From an uncultured Candidatus Saccharibacteria bacterium (lineage in GTDB: Bacteria > Patescibacteriota > Minisyncoccia > UBA6257 > 2-01-FULL-56-20), in the NCBI GenBank assembly GCA_964365185.1, contig CAYIOP010000003.1, positions 40,828 through 104,827 on the forward strand: DNA of 64,000 nt, read 5' to 3'. Shown here one piece after another: positions 17,615 through 28,002 of this stretch. Below the pieces are notes generated by a model, which saw only the letters and a program-made list of their open reading frames with translations, did no database searches and was not told where the DNA came from. Within the stretch, counting starts at the first letter, position 1. Every line of letters starts with the position of its first letter. Position numbers and translations under genes: made by a program.

Positions 17615-19678
17615 TTAGATGTCAAGGTTTTTTACCGTCAAAGCATGAAGTTCGATAAATTTCTTGCGCGGCGCCACCTCGTCTCCCATTAAAATATCAA
17701 ATAACCTGTCCGCCGCTTCCGCGTCCTCAACCCTCACTTGCATTAAAAATCTATGCGCCGGATCCATAGTTGTCTCCCATAACTGATCCGGATTCATCTC
17801 TCCTAAACCTTTATAACGCTGAATATTCACTCCCTTAATTTCTTCCTGAACTATATCTTCCTCTCCTTCTTTTGGCGCGTCATCTTTAATTTCTAAACTC
17901 TTATCTAAATTTTTCGCTTTTCGTTTCTCACTTCTCGCTTGTTGTACTTCTTTAATCGTCTTTTCTTTTTCGCCTTCAGTATAGGCGTAGCGAATTTCTT
18001 TTCCGGCAGAAATTCGATAAAGCGGCGGTTGAGCAATATATAAATATCCCGCCTCAATAATTTCTTTAAAATATCGGTAAAACAAAGTTAAAAGCAGTGT
18101 TCGAATATGCGCCCCGTCCACATCCGCATCCGTCATAATAATCACTTTGTGATATCTAATTTTTTCTAAATCAAACTCCTCCGCAATCGCTGTTCCAATC
18201 GCTGTGATGAGCGCCCGAATTTCTTGATTAGTAAGCATCTTATCTAATCTGGCTTTCTCAACATTTAAAATCTTGCCTTTAAGCGGCAGGATTGCTTGTG
18301 TTCGTCTGTCCCGGCCAGATTTCGCTGAGCCGCCGGCACTATCGCCCTCAACAATAAATAATTCCGACTCTACTGCTTCCTTCGAACTGCAATCAGCCAG
18401 CTTTCCCGGTAAAGTTAAACCTTCTAAAATCCCTTTTCTTAAAACCGTATCCCGAGCCGCCTTGGCCGCTTTTCTAGCTTTAGCTGCCAAAAGTACTTTC
18501 TCAATAATCCGCCTGGCTTCACCCGGATGCTTTTCAAAAAAATCTTTGAGGGTTTCGCCCACCACACTCTCCACCGCGGTTCTCGCCTCTGGATTGCCCA
18601 AACGAGCTTTGGTCTGCCCCTCAAACTGCGGCTCTCGAAGCTTTACCGACAATACCGCGGTTAAACCCTCTCGAGTGTCTTCGCTGGTTAAATTTTCATC
18701 CTTTTCTTTTAAATAGCCCTCGCTCCGGGAATAATTATTTAAAGTTCTGGTCAAGGCGGACCGAAACCCGGTCAAATGCATGCCGCCGTCCGGCGTATAA
18801 ATATTGTTGGCAAATGAATATTCTTTTGTCTCTAGGGCATCGGCAAAGATAAAAGCCGCCTCCACCTCAATATTTTCATGCTCCTTATTGGCGTAAAAAA
18901 TTTCTCCTTGCAATGATTTTTCTTTACGGCTTAAATATTTTACAAACGACAAAAGGCCGCCGTCAAAATAAAAACTATGGGCAAGCGGCAATTTTCCACG
19001 CCGATCAAAAAAACTGATTCTTACACCTTTAGTCAGATACGCCTGCTGTCGCAAATGTTCTATAATCCTCTTTGAATTAAACTCGATTTCTTTAAAAATC
19101 TGGCTGTCTGGCAAAAAAACCACTTTCGTTCCGGTTAAAGAAGAATTACCGATCTTTTTTACCTTGGCTTTTGGCTCTCCTCTTTGGTACTCCTGCATAT
19201 ACAAACCACCCTCCCTCTCCACTTCAACTTTAAGCCACTCGGATAAAGCATTGACCACTGATACTCCCACGCCGTGCAAGCCGCCCGCCACCTTATACGA
19301 TTCGCCTCCAAATTTTCCGCCGGCGTGAAGCGTGGTTAAAACCGTCTCAAGCGCCGATTTCTTGGTCTGCTTATGAACTTCAACCGGTATCCCCCGGCCA
19401 TCGTCCATTACGCTCACTTGATTATTGGCCAAAAGTTCCACGCTAATATTCTTAGCATGCCCGGCCATGGCTTCGTCGATCGAATTATCAACCACTTCCC
19501 AAATTAAATGGTGGAGTCCGTCAGTCCCGGTTGAACCAATATACATCCCCGGCCGCTTCCGAACCGGCTCTAAACCCTCCAAAACATAAATATCATCCGC
19601 GCCATAGGAGGGTTTTTTGTCTTTAACTGCCAACTCCGACGCCTTCACTTTTTGGTCTTTTTTAGCTTCTTTTGCCAT
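17615..19678 (-). CDS. gyrB: DNA gyrase subunit B
   Basis: GHKL ATPase motifs (GLHHLIWEVVDNSIDE; GLHGVGVSVVNALS), a Toprim domain (EGDSAGGS) and the GyrB C-terminal tail. Confidence 0.9.
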   Translation of the reverse strand: MAKEAKKDQKVKASELAVKDKKPSYGADDIYVLEGLEPVRKRPGMYIGSTGTDGLHHLIWEVVDNSIDEAMAGHAKNISVELLANNQVSVMDDGRGIPVEVHKQTKKSALETVLTTLHAGGKFGGESYKVAGGLHGVGVSVVNALSEWLKVEVEREGGLYMQEYQRGEPKAKVKKIGNSSLTGTKVVFLPDSQIFKEIEFNSKRIIEHLRQQAYLTKGVRISFFDRRGKLPLAHSFYFDGGLLSFVKYLSRKEKSLQGEIFYANKEHENIEVEAAFIFADALETKEYSFANNIYTPDGGMHLTGFRSALTRTLNNYSRSEGYLKEKDENLTSEDTREGLTAVLSVKLREPQFEGQTKARLGNPEARTAVESVVGETLKDFFEKHPGEARRIIEKVLLAAKARKAAKAARDTVLRKGILEGLTLPGKLADCSSKEAVESELFIVEGDSAGGSAKSGRDRRTQAILPLKGKILNVEKARLDKMLTNQEIRALITAIGTAIAEEFDLEKIRYHKVIIMTDADVDGAHIRTLLLTLFYRYFKEIIEAGYLYIAQPPLYRISAGKEIRYAYTEGEKEKTIKEVQQARSEKRKAKNLDKSLEIKDDAPKEGEEDIVQEEIKGVNIQRYKGLGEMNPDQLWETTMDPAHRFLMQVRVEDAEAADRLFDILMGDEVAPRKKFIELHALTVKNLDI

Positions 19679-19834
19679 TTAAGATAATTTAAAATAAGGC
19701 CTGCTTGGCCAATATTATTATTTACATTATAGCAAAAAAATCACCCCTAAACAACAGCAAAATTTTGTAGGTAATTTTCTAAATTTAGACCTTTCCTCTA
19801 AGAAAAAAATCGTTTATTTCAATCAATCAAGGTT

Positions 19835-19892
19835 TTATAAATAATTTTCTGACTTAGACCTTTTGGCTAGGAAGAAAATTTTTAATCTAAAC
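19835..19892. repeat. REP-like intergenic repeat (AATTTTCTGACTTAG(A/G)CCTTTTGGCTAGGAAGAAAATT family), copy with a degenerate partner at 19771-19810
   Basis: Near-identical copies occur at 27110-27170 and 41476-41536, and a diverged copy at 2083-2113. All sit between the stop of one minus-strand gene and the start of the next. Confidence 0.6.
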
Positions 19893-19906
19893 TTTTAAAT
19901 AATTTG

Positions 19907-19955
19907 TCCTTAGTCCTTAGTCATCAGCCATCAGTCATTAGTTATTAGTTATTTG
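19907..19955. repeat. tandem heptamer array (TCCTTAG/TCATCAG/TCATTAG/TTATTAG), about 7 copies
   Basis: Seven consecutive 7-nt units with the consensus TYMTYAG, abutting the stop of the 19956..22262 CDS. Confidence 0.7.
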
Positions 19956-22262
19956 TCATTGTGCTAACCCCAAATCCCTCAAAATCGGCAGAATCACTTC
20001 ATAACCAATAATATTTTTTATGTCTACAACTTCCATTAATTTTAAAAACTCATTCCGAGCTAAATCACTTTCTCCTCGATAAAAATACGCCACAGCCAAT
20101 TTCGCCAATGACTCCGAATCTACATCACGGCCGCTCATAGCTACCGCCGTCTTATAAAATTCTATCGCCTCATCTAAATATCCTGCGTCAGCAAAAAAAT
20201 TTGCCACAATTCTCGGCTCGTTAAAATTTCTCCATCTCCGGCCTAATTCAATAGCTTTCTTTATCTCGTCATAACCAGTTTTAGTATCGCCCGCATCAAA
20301 AGACAAAAGACCGTAATAAAAATGAGCATCCGGAACTTTAGGATTAAGTTCCAAACCATATCTCACTAACTCTAACGCCTCTTCTCTTTCTCCTTTTATC
20401 AACTTGGTCTTAGCAAGAGAAAAATAAACCTGCTGCCTGTCTGGACTAAGTTCTAAAGCGATCTTCGCTTCTTGTTCCGCCTTAGACGTAAGCAGTGCCA
20501 AATCTAAATCCGAAACCTGATTATATAAATCAATCAACATATAATGATTAAAGGCGTCTTTTGGATGTTCATCTTTTGTCTCCTCCATTGCTTTTATCGC
20601 CAACCAAACCTCCTCTTTAGCTGAATCACCTAAAACTCCAAGATGGCCATAAAAATAATTCTCGGCCACTGTCGCCGCGTAATCACGCTTAAAATCCCAA
20701 GCATAAGGAGTCCAAACTTCAATACCTTTTTTAAAACTCGCAATAGCTAATTTCGAATTGCTTTTCACAAAACTGGTAAATCCAAGATACTGATAATAGC
20801 CCGCCCTCATCACATTAATATTTAAAACGTAAACCAAAATCAAACTTACTAGTATCGCCGATGAAACCATTATGACCCCCTTATCGTTATTATGGCTCTT
20901 CTCAAGTTTTTGATGATTAACATTTACCTCTTGAATCTCAACCTTTTTTAGATTTCCACCAACAAAACCAATCAGTAAATAAAAAATTAAAAGCGGTCCC
21001 AAGGTATCAAAAACAAAAAAACTTCTTATGAGATATGTCGTAAGCGTCACCGCGATAATCTGCCCTAAAAATTTATCCTTCAACTTAAACGCGCCGTAAA
21101 AAAGAACGCCCACTAAAAAAATAAAAGCTAAAAATAAAACCGCGCCCCCGGTAACCAAATACTCCAAAAAAAGATTATGCGGTTTATCAAAACGGGTTTC
21201 CTGATAACCCATTTCAAGCGTTTTAGGGTCATAGTGCTTGTTAAAAGGCAAATTAAAATTTTCATAGCCCCAACCCAAGATCGGCTTTTCTTTAAATCCT
21301 TCCCAAGCCGAACTCATTGCCGATAACCTCGGCATCAATTCCTGACTGGAAAAAGAAACATTCTGAAAACGATTAATACCCGGCACCTTACTCCAAAAAG
21401 AATTGGACTTAGTTGCTAAAAAAACAAAACCTAAAAAAACTACTAATAAAAATACGGACAAATAAACATAACGGCTTTTAAAAAAATTAACCTTAAACCT
21501 CGGTGGTCGAAACGCAAAAAATCCTAAAATCATCAGCAAGCCAACCATCAAACCCAAAATATCACCCCTGGTCTCTGTTCTAAAAATACCAGCGACATTT
21601 AAAACCAAAGTTAAACTAACTAAAATAACTCCATAACTTTTTTTATTAATCGCCCCGAAAAAATCATTATCTTCTCTAAAAAAATTAAAAAGAAAATAAA
21701 GCGCCAAAAAAACGTGGGGTAAAAGATAGCCAGCCAGAAATGTCGGATTGCCAAAAGTCGCCCCCGGCCTTGTTCCGATCGGCTCATTTAAAAGCAAATC
21801 CGGTTTAAAAATCTGCCAAAAAGCCAAAATAGAAATTATTGAGGAAGTAATCAATGACGCGTAAAAAACCTTTTTCCAATTAATCTCGCGAGCTAAAGAA
21901 GAAAGCACGGCCGCTAAAGCCGCGAAATGAAAAATTGTGATTACTCCGAGCGCCCGGCTCTGTGTTGACCAAAAACTCCTAAAAATATCTTCTCCTAAAA
22001 ACGCCGTGACCGCTAAAACAAAAATAAAAACTAGAAGTCCGATTAAAACTATATTTTTTTTTAATCGATAACGCTTATCAATCAAAATTAAGGCCAGCCA
22101 CAAAAAAAACAAAATCTCCACCACTCCTTGAAAAAAAGCGGTTTTGGGCAAAGTGTAAGGCAAAACACTCTGTTTAATATAAAAAAGCGGAACACCAATA
22201 ACCGTTACTAAAACCAAAAACTTAATTGTTTTAATTAAAAAATCTCGAAGTTTATTACTCAT
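19956..22262 (-). CDS. O-antigen ligase-like polytopic membrane protein with C-terminal TPR repeats
   Basis: The first ~440 aa are multi-transmembrane with a Wzy/O-antigen-ligase-like hydrophobic profile; the C-terminal ~300 aa carries TPR-like helical repeats (e.g. AIEFYKTAVAMSGRD...). Confidence 0.55.
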   Translation of the reverse strand: MSNKLRDFLIKTIKFLVLVTVIGVPLFYIKQSVLPYTLPKTAFFQGVVEILFFLWLALILIDKRYRLKKNIVLIGLLVFIFVLAVTAFLGEDIFRSFWSTQSRALGVITIFHFAALAAVLSSLAREINWKKVFYASLITSSIISILAFWQIFKPDLLLNEPIGTRPGATFGNPTFLAGYLLPHVFLALYFLFNFFREDNDFFGAINKKSYGVILVSLTLVLNVAGIFRTETRGDILGLMVGLLMILGFFAFRPPRFKVNFFKSRYVYLSVFLLVVFLGFVFLATKSNSFWSKVPGINRFQNVSFSSQELMPRLSAMSSAWEGFKEKPILGWGYENFNLPFNKHYDPKTLEMGYQETRFDKPHNLFLEYLVTGGAVLFLAFIFLVGVLFYGAFKLKDKFLGQIIAVTLTTYLIRSFFVFDTLGPLLIFYLLIGFVGGNLKKVEIQEVNVNHQKLEKSHNNDKGVIMVSSAILVSLILVYVLNINVMRAGYYQYLGFTSFVKSNSKLAIASFKKGIEVWTPYAWDFKRDYAATVAENYFYGHLGVLGDSAKEEVWLAIKAMEETKDEHPKDAFNHYMLIDLYNQVSDLDLALLTSKAEQEAKIALELSPDRQQVYFSLAKTKLIKGEREEALELVRYGLELNPKVPDAHFYYGLLSFDAGDTKTGYDEIKKAIELGRRWRNFNEPRIVANFFADAGYLDEAIEFYKTAVAMSGRDVDSESLAKLAVAYFYRGESDLARNEFLKLMEVVDIKNIIGYEVILPILRDLGLAQ

Positions 22263-22408
22263 CTCAAATCTAATTTTACCAGTTTTATCAGCCCTAAGCT
22301 ATATTCCTTAGAAATCGTAAAAACAAACCAGCCCCGCTAAAAGCGGGGCTGGTTCTGCTTTAGATCTCAGGCACAAGGAAACTGAAATCCTAAGCCAAAA
22401 CTCTTAAA

Positions 22409-25400
22409 CTACAAGCCAGACGTAAAGTTCACAGTGCTTATAGGAATTGCTACCAAAGTCTTGGTCGGCAAGGTAAGCTCTGAAACTCCAGCTCCATCCG
22501 TAGCATCTGTCCACTTAATATGAGCTAGAGCATTAATCTCCGCTGTTAATGTCTGAATAACATTCGCCGCCCCAGCCAAAGTCTTAGTCAAATCAAGTCG
22601 TAAAGTCCACGTCCTAGAGGTGCCTTTGCCGACTATCTGACCAGCTGTGGTAGCGCCTAAGATAAAGCTCTTGGAGCAAGTAGTAGTACCACCTGCGCAA
22701 GCCGTAGATGTCACATTACCGCTTCCTAAAGCAGTATTATTCTCATCCAGCAAAGTTACTCCATCCAAGAAAGTGCTAATCGAAGGAGCACTACCCGAGA
22801 AAGTTACAGTCACGCTATTGACCACTAAGTCACCCGCATTATCAGCGCTAAAGGTAAGTTGGGCAAAATTATCCGAAGCACTCTTGCCTCTTCCAGTTGT
22901 CGCTCCAAGCGGCGTAGCAGTAAAGCCAAGCTTAGTTCGAAGCATAGTCATCGTATTCATTGTCGTTCCCGGCAATGAAACCGATGAAGTCGCGGACGAG
23001 GTCTTGCCATAAGCCACCACAACTTCTCCGGCGGTATCTATCGCGGTATCAGCTGTTGTAGTTGAAACTCTAAAGATGTGAGTGGTGTTATCAACTACTC
23101 CCGAATTACTGTAGCTTCCAACATCACCTTTCAAAGTCAAGAGAACTGAATTAGATCTCGGGACAATAAGCGGATCCGTGAATGTGAATTTGTGGTAATA
23201 ACCAGGACCTGGGCCAGATGTTGAAGCATAGGTCGTCTGGATTCCTACGGTCGCTATCAACGTACCTCCATTATAAAGATTCAAATTCCCAAAACCTTTC
23301 TTTGTAGTAGTGGTTGACGCTACTTGCTGGAAGACATAAAGATCAGTCACCTTTATATCATCAATGTTCGAGGTCTCAGCTAATCGGAAATAACCCAAAT
23401 CAACACCATTGGTCCCCATCACGATCTGATCTGATGGAGCTTTTGAGGTGTCGTGAGTTACGGTAAGCGTTGCCTGACCAGCCACCTTAACGTCTTGGCC
23501 AGCAGTCGAAGTGCAGCTAATTGAAGTATTAGTAGCTGCTCCTGATCCACTGCAAGCGCTAAGTGTTGTTACTGTCGCGTAAGTATTGGCCGCTGCTCCA
23601 GTTAAGATATCAGCTATCACGTCCACTGTCTTTGACTGACCAGCTGGAAGATTCAAACTACCAGTAAAGGTATAAGTAGCTGAAGCTGTTAGTGTCGGCT
23701 GGGTAGTGCCAAATTGCTGACTACCACTCATCAACTTCAAATTTTGGAAGTTGGTTGAGCTAGCGCTGGTTAAAATGCTAATCGTTGAAAGATTAACGCC
23801 TTCTGCCGAAGAAGCAGTTAACCTATAAGAACCAATTACCACCCCTTGGGCGCCAGCTGAATAAGTTACAGTGCCATAAGCCGGGTTTTGAGCCAGAGTT
23901 AAGGCATTCGCCGCTAAGGTGAGCACACTGCCGGTCACTGACGCGCTTGAAGCTGTGTTCGAAGAAGTCACGCCAGTTAAGTTGCTACTACCAGCATTAA
24001 GCCCAGCTCTTAGCGTAGAAAAGTCAGCTGTTGATTGAATATCACCTTTTAAGGTAAGGATTACGGCAGTATTGGCCGGAACCACATAGTTAATCGGTGA
24101 AGTCGAGTTACCAAAACAATTTACAGGCGTGCTGGTTGCTTGAGAATCACCGCTATCCGTACAAGTTGTATCCGTCATCAAAGATGAAACCGTTGAACCA
24201 ACCTGGTTCCCTCTATCATCCGTCAGAGAGATGTTTTTAATGGTGTTATCAAGATTAACCGTGCCGCCAGTAAACGTCAAATTAAAAGTCAAATGCTTCA
24301 CTCTTAACGCTTCACCAGCCGCGTAGATTTTAACTTTAAGTAAAGGTGTGTTGCTGCCACCCTTAGCCACATTGCCAGTCGGGGTATCCGTTGACAAGGT
24401 AACCGTGAGCGCTCCGGCGTTAATTGTGACGGTCGCGCTGGTAGTATCAGTTAAGGTAACTTTAATTGGAGTATTATACTGGGTGTCAATCGCGCTCACG
24501 TTGAAAGAATCATAGAATCCAAAATTAAAACTTCGATTCGGACTTCCCATTACATCAGCGTAAACTTGAATTGTATTATTCCCAGTTGTGAGCTTCACCA
24601 CGCTCGCGGAAAGGTCAAAATTGACATCGCCGCCAGCCGCGGAAGCTATCGTCGAACCAACATCAGCTCCATTAATCTTAAGTTTAAGGTTTTTCAGATC
24701 AGCTTTTTCGGCTGAACCAACCGCTTTTAAGGTTAAGCTCTTAATATTCACTGGGCTGTTTCCGACATTAAAATTCCAAGCCGAAACAATCACCCCTTGG
24801 GTACCAGCGTCAACGCTGGTTCCAATTGACGAAGAAGTAACCACTAAGGTAGCGATGCTCGGATTAGAAACCGTAGTCACTGTAAAGGTGGCTCCGTTTA
24901 ATGGGAAAGTGCCAGCTGGCGTGATGCTCGTACTATTGGCATCAGTCGCCATGACATCTGTCGCAGCCAGCAAACTAAAGGAGATAGTATTTCCGGCTGT
25001 AAGTCCTGAGGCTGGATCGATCGCCAACCAAACCTTCTTGGTCTGACCAGCATTGATATCAATGTCCAACCCAGTAAAGGTAATAACACCGCTTGAAAGC
25101 GAACTATATTGGGCAATAACTTTATTAGTGCCACCATCAACAATGTACGCTCCAGAGATGCCATTATCAGCCACTACTCCTCCTTTCTTAAACTTAAGTT
25201 CTGTCACGCTAACTCCACCCGAAGTTCCAGCCGTGAGATTAACTCCCAAAACTGGGGTTCGGCCAGCGCCAGCGATCAAAGAACCAGTTGTTGGATTATC
25301 AGAAGCATAACCAACCGCTAATCCACTTGAAGGAGCTGGTGGTTGACCAGGTCCAGGAGGAACATATCCGCCACCGCCTGCAAGCGCTGTGTATTTGGCT

Positions 25401-25831
25401 TTTGATTTAGCGCCAAAATAACCCGCTGTTGGCGTAACGCCGTTGGCTGCCTGCCAAGCTGAAACCGCTGCTTTGGTCTTAGCGCCAAAGTAATTTGATT
25501 CAGCCCCAGGCGCGCCCGGACCAGCTGTTGACACTGTAAATCCAGCGCCGTTTAGGTACTTCTGTAAACACATAACGTCGTCGCCAGTCACACCCATGGT
25601 GAGGTCACGAGTGAAACCACAAGCGCCGCCGGTTGGAGGAGTACCGCCTTGGCCTTGAATTTGCGCAGTGAGCGCTGCAATTTGAGCCATTAACGAATTA
25701 ATCATCGCTTGAAGCTCTGAAACAGTTTGTCCATGAGCCACTGGAATAGTGGGGACAAACATCATCACTCCCGAGAATCCCACAAAAGTGGCCATCGCGA
25801 GTGATAAAGAAACAATTTTCTTAGTACTCAT
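22409..25831 (-). CDS. large secreted/cell-surface protein with an N-terminal peptidoglycan-binding-like domain and a long Thr/Ser/Gly/Ala-rich repetitive region
   Basis: Signal peptide; a PG_binding_1-like segment (CLQKYLNGAGF...GAKTKAAVSAWQAANG...); then ~900 aa of low-complexity beta-rich repeats. GC content is clearly higher than in flanking genes. Confidence 0.6.
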   Translation of the reverse strand: MSTKKIVSLSLAMATFVGFSGVMMFVPTIPVAHGQTVSELQAMINSLMAQIAALTAQIQGQGGTPPTGGACGFTRDLTMGVTGDDVMCLQKYLNGAGFTVSTAGPGAPGAESNYFGAKTKAAVSAWQAANGVTPTAGYFGAKSKAKYTALAGGGGYVPPGPGQPPAPSSGLAVGYASDNPTTGSLIAGAGRTPVLGVNLTAGTSGGVSVTELKFKKGGVVADNGISGAYIVDGGTNKVIAQYSSLSSGVITFTGLDIDINAGQTKKVWLAIDPASGLTAGNTISFSLLAATDVMATDANSTSITPAGTFPLNGATFTVTTVSNPSIATLVVTSSSIGTSVDAGTQGVIVSAWNFNVGNSPVNIKSLTLKAVGSAEKADLKNLKLKINGADVGSTIASAAGGDVNFDLSASVVKLTTGNNTIQVYADVMGSPNRSFNFGFYDSFNVSAIDTQYNTPIKVTLTDTTSATVTINAGALTVTLSTDTPTGNVAKGGSNTPLLKVKIYAAGEALRVKHLTFNLTFTGGTVNLDNTIKNISLTDDRGNQVGSTVSSLMTDTTCTDSGDSQATSTPVNCFGNSTSPINYVVPANTAVILTLKGDIQSTADFSTLRAGLNAGSSNLTGVTSSNTASSASVTGSVLTLAANALTLAQNPAYGTVTYSAGAQGVVIGSYRLTASSAEGVNLSTISILTSASSTNFQNLKLMSGSQQFGTTQPTLTASATYTFTGSLNLPAGQSKTVDVIADILTGAAANTYATVTTLSACSGSGAATNTSISCTSTAGQDVKVAGQATLTVTHDTSKAPSDQIVMGTNGVDLGYFRLAETSNIDDIKVTDLYVFQQVASTTTTKKGFGNLNLYNGGTLIATVGIQTTYASTSGPGPGYYHKFTFTDPLIVPRSNSVLLTLKGDVGSYSNSGVVDNTTHIFRVSTTTADTAIDTAGEVVVAYGKTSSATSSVSLPGTTMNTMTMLRTKLGFTATPLGATTGRGKSASDNFAQLTFSADNAGDLVVNSVTVTFSGSAPSISTFLDGVTLLDENNTALGSGNVTSTACAGGTTTCSKSFILGATTAGQIVGKGTSRTWTLRLDLTKTLAGAANVIQTLTAEINALAHIKWTDATDGAGVSELTLPTKTLVAIPISTVNFTSGL

Positions 25832-26315
25832 TATTTAATTTATTTTTAATCGACTTAATTATTTTTTACTTATCAATCTCGACCTTTACCCGCCTAAATT
25901 TTAGGAGGGGTTTATATACTTACGTTCGTTCGGTAATGACCAATTTTTTATTTTCGACCGACCGCCAATCTAAGTGAGGATTAGAGGCAGAAGAAATAAA
26001 AAATATAAGTCAGTTAATATCAATAATAAAAAAATCGCTCTGTCTAGAGCGAAGCTGAAAAAAATAAGTTTAGTTTATAGAAATATTAAGGTTTTAGCGC
26101 AAGCGCCAAAGCCCCCTATCACCTATAACCTAACACCTAATTTATAGTCCAGCCTCACTCTGAACTTTTTACCTACTTATTATATTGCCAAGTTAAGTAT
26201 TAACTCTGTGGAAAACTATTAGTCCGCTTAACCGGCACATATAGAATAAAACGAACTATCTCCCAAAAAGTTACCCACGCACCAGTCCCACTAAACGGGA
26301 TGGTACGGACTTCGC

Positions 26316-27029
26316 TTATCTTTTTAGTCGATAATAAGTGGAAGGACCTCCATTTCCAAAACGCTCTATCGAACCAGAATTTACCAATTTTTCAAGATCA
26401 TATCTAATAGTTCTTTCGCTAATATCCGGAAAAACATTCTGTAAATCTCTAAGTCGGCAATATCCGCTTTCTCTAACCTTATTTAAAATAACACCATGGC
26501 GTTCATCACTCGGTAAAGAAGAAATCTTTGCCGCATTGCCTGATATTGCCGGTTTCAAACCTTCATTATAGATGGTGTTGGATTGACTATAATTATTTAA
26601 GATCAAACTATCAACGCTGCTACGAACCTCTTTTTTATTACTAAAAACAACATCCAATCCACTCAAAGTTTCTTTATTCCCAATATTAGAATCAGAAAAA
26701 ATATCAGCTAGTTCAACATCACTAATCTTTGCCGCATTGCCGTATTCTTCAATTGCCGAATTAAGTTTATCTAATTCACTAACAATAACCTGAACAGTAT
26801 TGTAGCCCAACAAACCAACTCCACTCCCAAGTTTAAGCAAATTATCTAAAATCCGAATCTCTTTTAAAGCTCCATCAAACTTAGCCTCTCCAATCGCCTC
26901 TATAATCTTCAAAACTCTTTCTTCTAAAGATCGCCCCAAACTATGCTCTTTGACTTGTTGACTAACTACCCGTAAAACCGCGTAGGCGATTTCAAAAGAT
27001 TTTTGAGATAAAAAACTAGAGTTATCCAC
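26316..27029 (-). CDS. hypothetical protein with a C-terminal winged-HTH (DeoR-like)
   Basis: The C-terminus GYCRLRDLQNVFPDISERTIRYDLEKLVNSG resembles a DeoR/GntR-type HTH. Confidence 0.4.
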   Translation of the reverse strand: MDNSSFLSQKSFEIAYAVLRVVSQQVKEHSLGRSLEERVLKIIEAIGEAKFDGALKEIRILDNLLKLGSGVGLLGYNTVQVIVSELDKLNSAIEEYGNAAKISDVELADIFSDSNIGNKETLSGLDVVFSNKKEVRSSVDSLILNNYSQSNTIYNEGLKPAISGNAAKISSLPSDERHGVILNKVRESGYCRLRDLQNVFPDISERTIRYDLEKLVNSGSIERFGNGGPSTYYRLKR

Positions 27030-27109
27030 AGCCCCCAGTATATTCCGATCTCCAAAACGAAGTCAACCCAACGCGACATTATTCGAAAATCTTGATTCTC
27101 TCTCAAAGT

Positions 27110-27170
27110 TTTATGAATGATTTTCTGACTTAGGCCTTTTGGCTTGGAAGAAAATTATTTACAAAACTTT
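27110..27170. repeat. REP-like intergenic repeat (same family as 19835-19892 and 41476-41536)
   Basis: TTTTCTGACTTAGGCCTTTTGGCTTGGAAGAAAATTATTTACAAAA, about 90% identical to the copy at 41489-41534. Confidence 0.6.
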
Positions 27171-27177
27171 GATCTTC

Positions 27178-27981
27178 CTACTTAACTCCAAAATTACGGT
27201 GATTAGCTAAAAACCGGCTGGCCTTATCTAAGCTTTCAATAGTTCCACAATCAAGATATTCTCCGCTAAACTCAAGACCAAAAATTTTGCCGCGAGATTT
27301 AATTTCTCTCTCAAATCCGTCAGTAATCGGCAAACAATCATTGGTCAAAAAACCGCCCTTGGCCCGCTTTAAAAATTTCATTTGCTTCAAAATTGAGGGT
27401 AGCAATATGTAAGCTCCCATAATCACCAGATTCGAAGGCGCGTCTTTTTGCTTGGGCTTCTCGATAATTTTCGAAATCCGGTAAATCTGGGGGTTTGATT
27501 TTAATTTTTCAGCCGCCACCACTCCAAATCTTGAAACTTTATTTTTGGGTATCCTTCTCAAAATTAAAATCGATGAGTTAAGTTTGGAAAATGAGTTAAG
27601 CAACGATTTGGTAACCGACTCATCAACATAAAAAATATCATCGCAAAATCTAAGTCCAAAGGGCTCTTTTTTAATTAAATCTTCCGCTGGCAATATCGCA
27701 TCCCCAGTTCCCAAAGGCGCATCTTGCGTCCTAAGAAAAAACTGCAGATGTTTAAATTTTTTTTGAAATTGAGCCAAATGTTTTCTAAAAAAATCCTTTT
27801 GGATTGGGTTAATCACCAAAACCGCCCGCTTAATACTGGTCCCTCTGGTCTCTTCTAAAACATATTCAATTAAAGTTTTTCCGTTCGCCTTAATTAAGGC
27901 CTTGGGAGTTTTTAAGGTTAAAGGATAAAGACGCTTTCCTAGCCCGGCTACCGGCAATATTAAACTCCTAACTTGATTCAT
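27178..27981 (-). CDS. sugar-phosphate nucleotidyltransferase (G1P thymidylyl/uridylyltransferase-like)
   Basis: N-terminal LILPVAGLGKRLYPLT, a GxGxRL nucleotidyltransferase motif. Confidence 0.65.
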   Translation of the reverse strand: MNQVRSLILPVAGLGKRLYPLTLKTPKALIKANGKTLIEYVLEETRGTSIKRAVLVINPIQKDFFRKHLAQFQKKFKHLQFFLRTQDAPLGTGDAILPAEDLIKKEPFGLRFCDDIFYVDESVTKSLLNSFSKLNSSILILRRIPKNKVSRFGVVAAEKLKSNPQIYRISKIIEKPKQKDAPSNLVIMGAYILLPSILKQMKFLKRAKGGFLTNDCLPITDGFEREIKSRGKIFGLEFSGEYLDCGTIESLDKASRFLANHRNFGVK

Positions 27982-28002
27982 ATTTTAACATTTAGAAAAA
28001 AA

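Noticed and set aside
18273-18716. Plus-strand 147-aa ORF, plus many other 60-150-aa ORFs opposite gyrB, clpB, the surface protein, pnp, ftsK and htrA
   Set aside because: These are antisense shadow ORFs inside well-supported long genes. They have no SD and a low-complexity composition.
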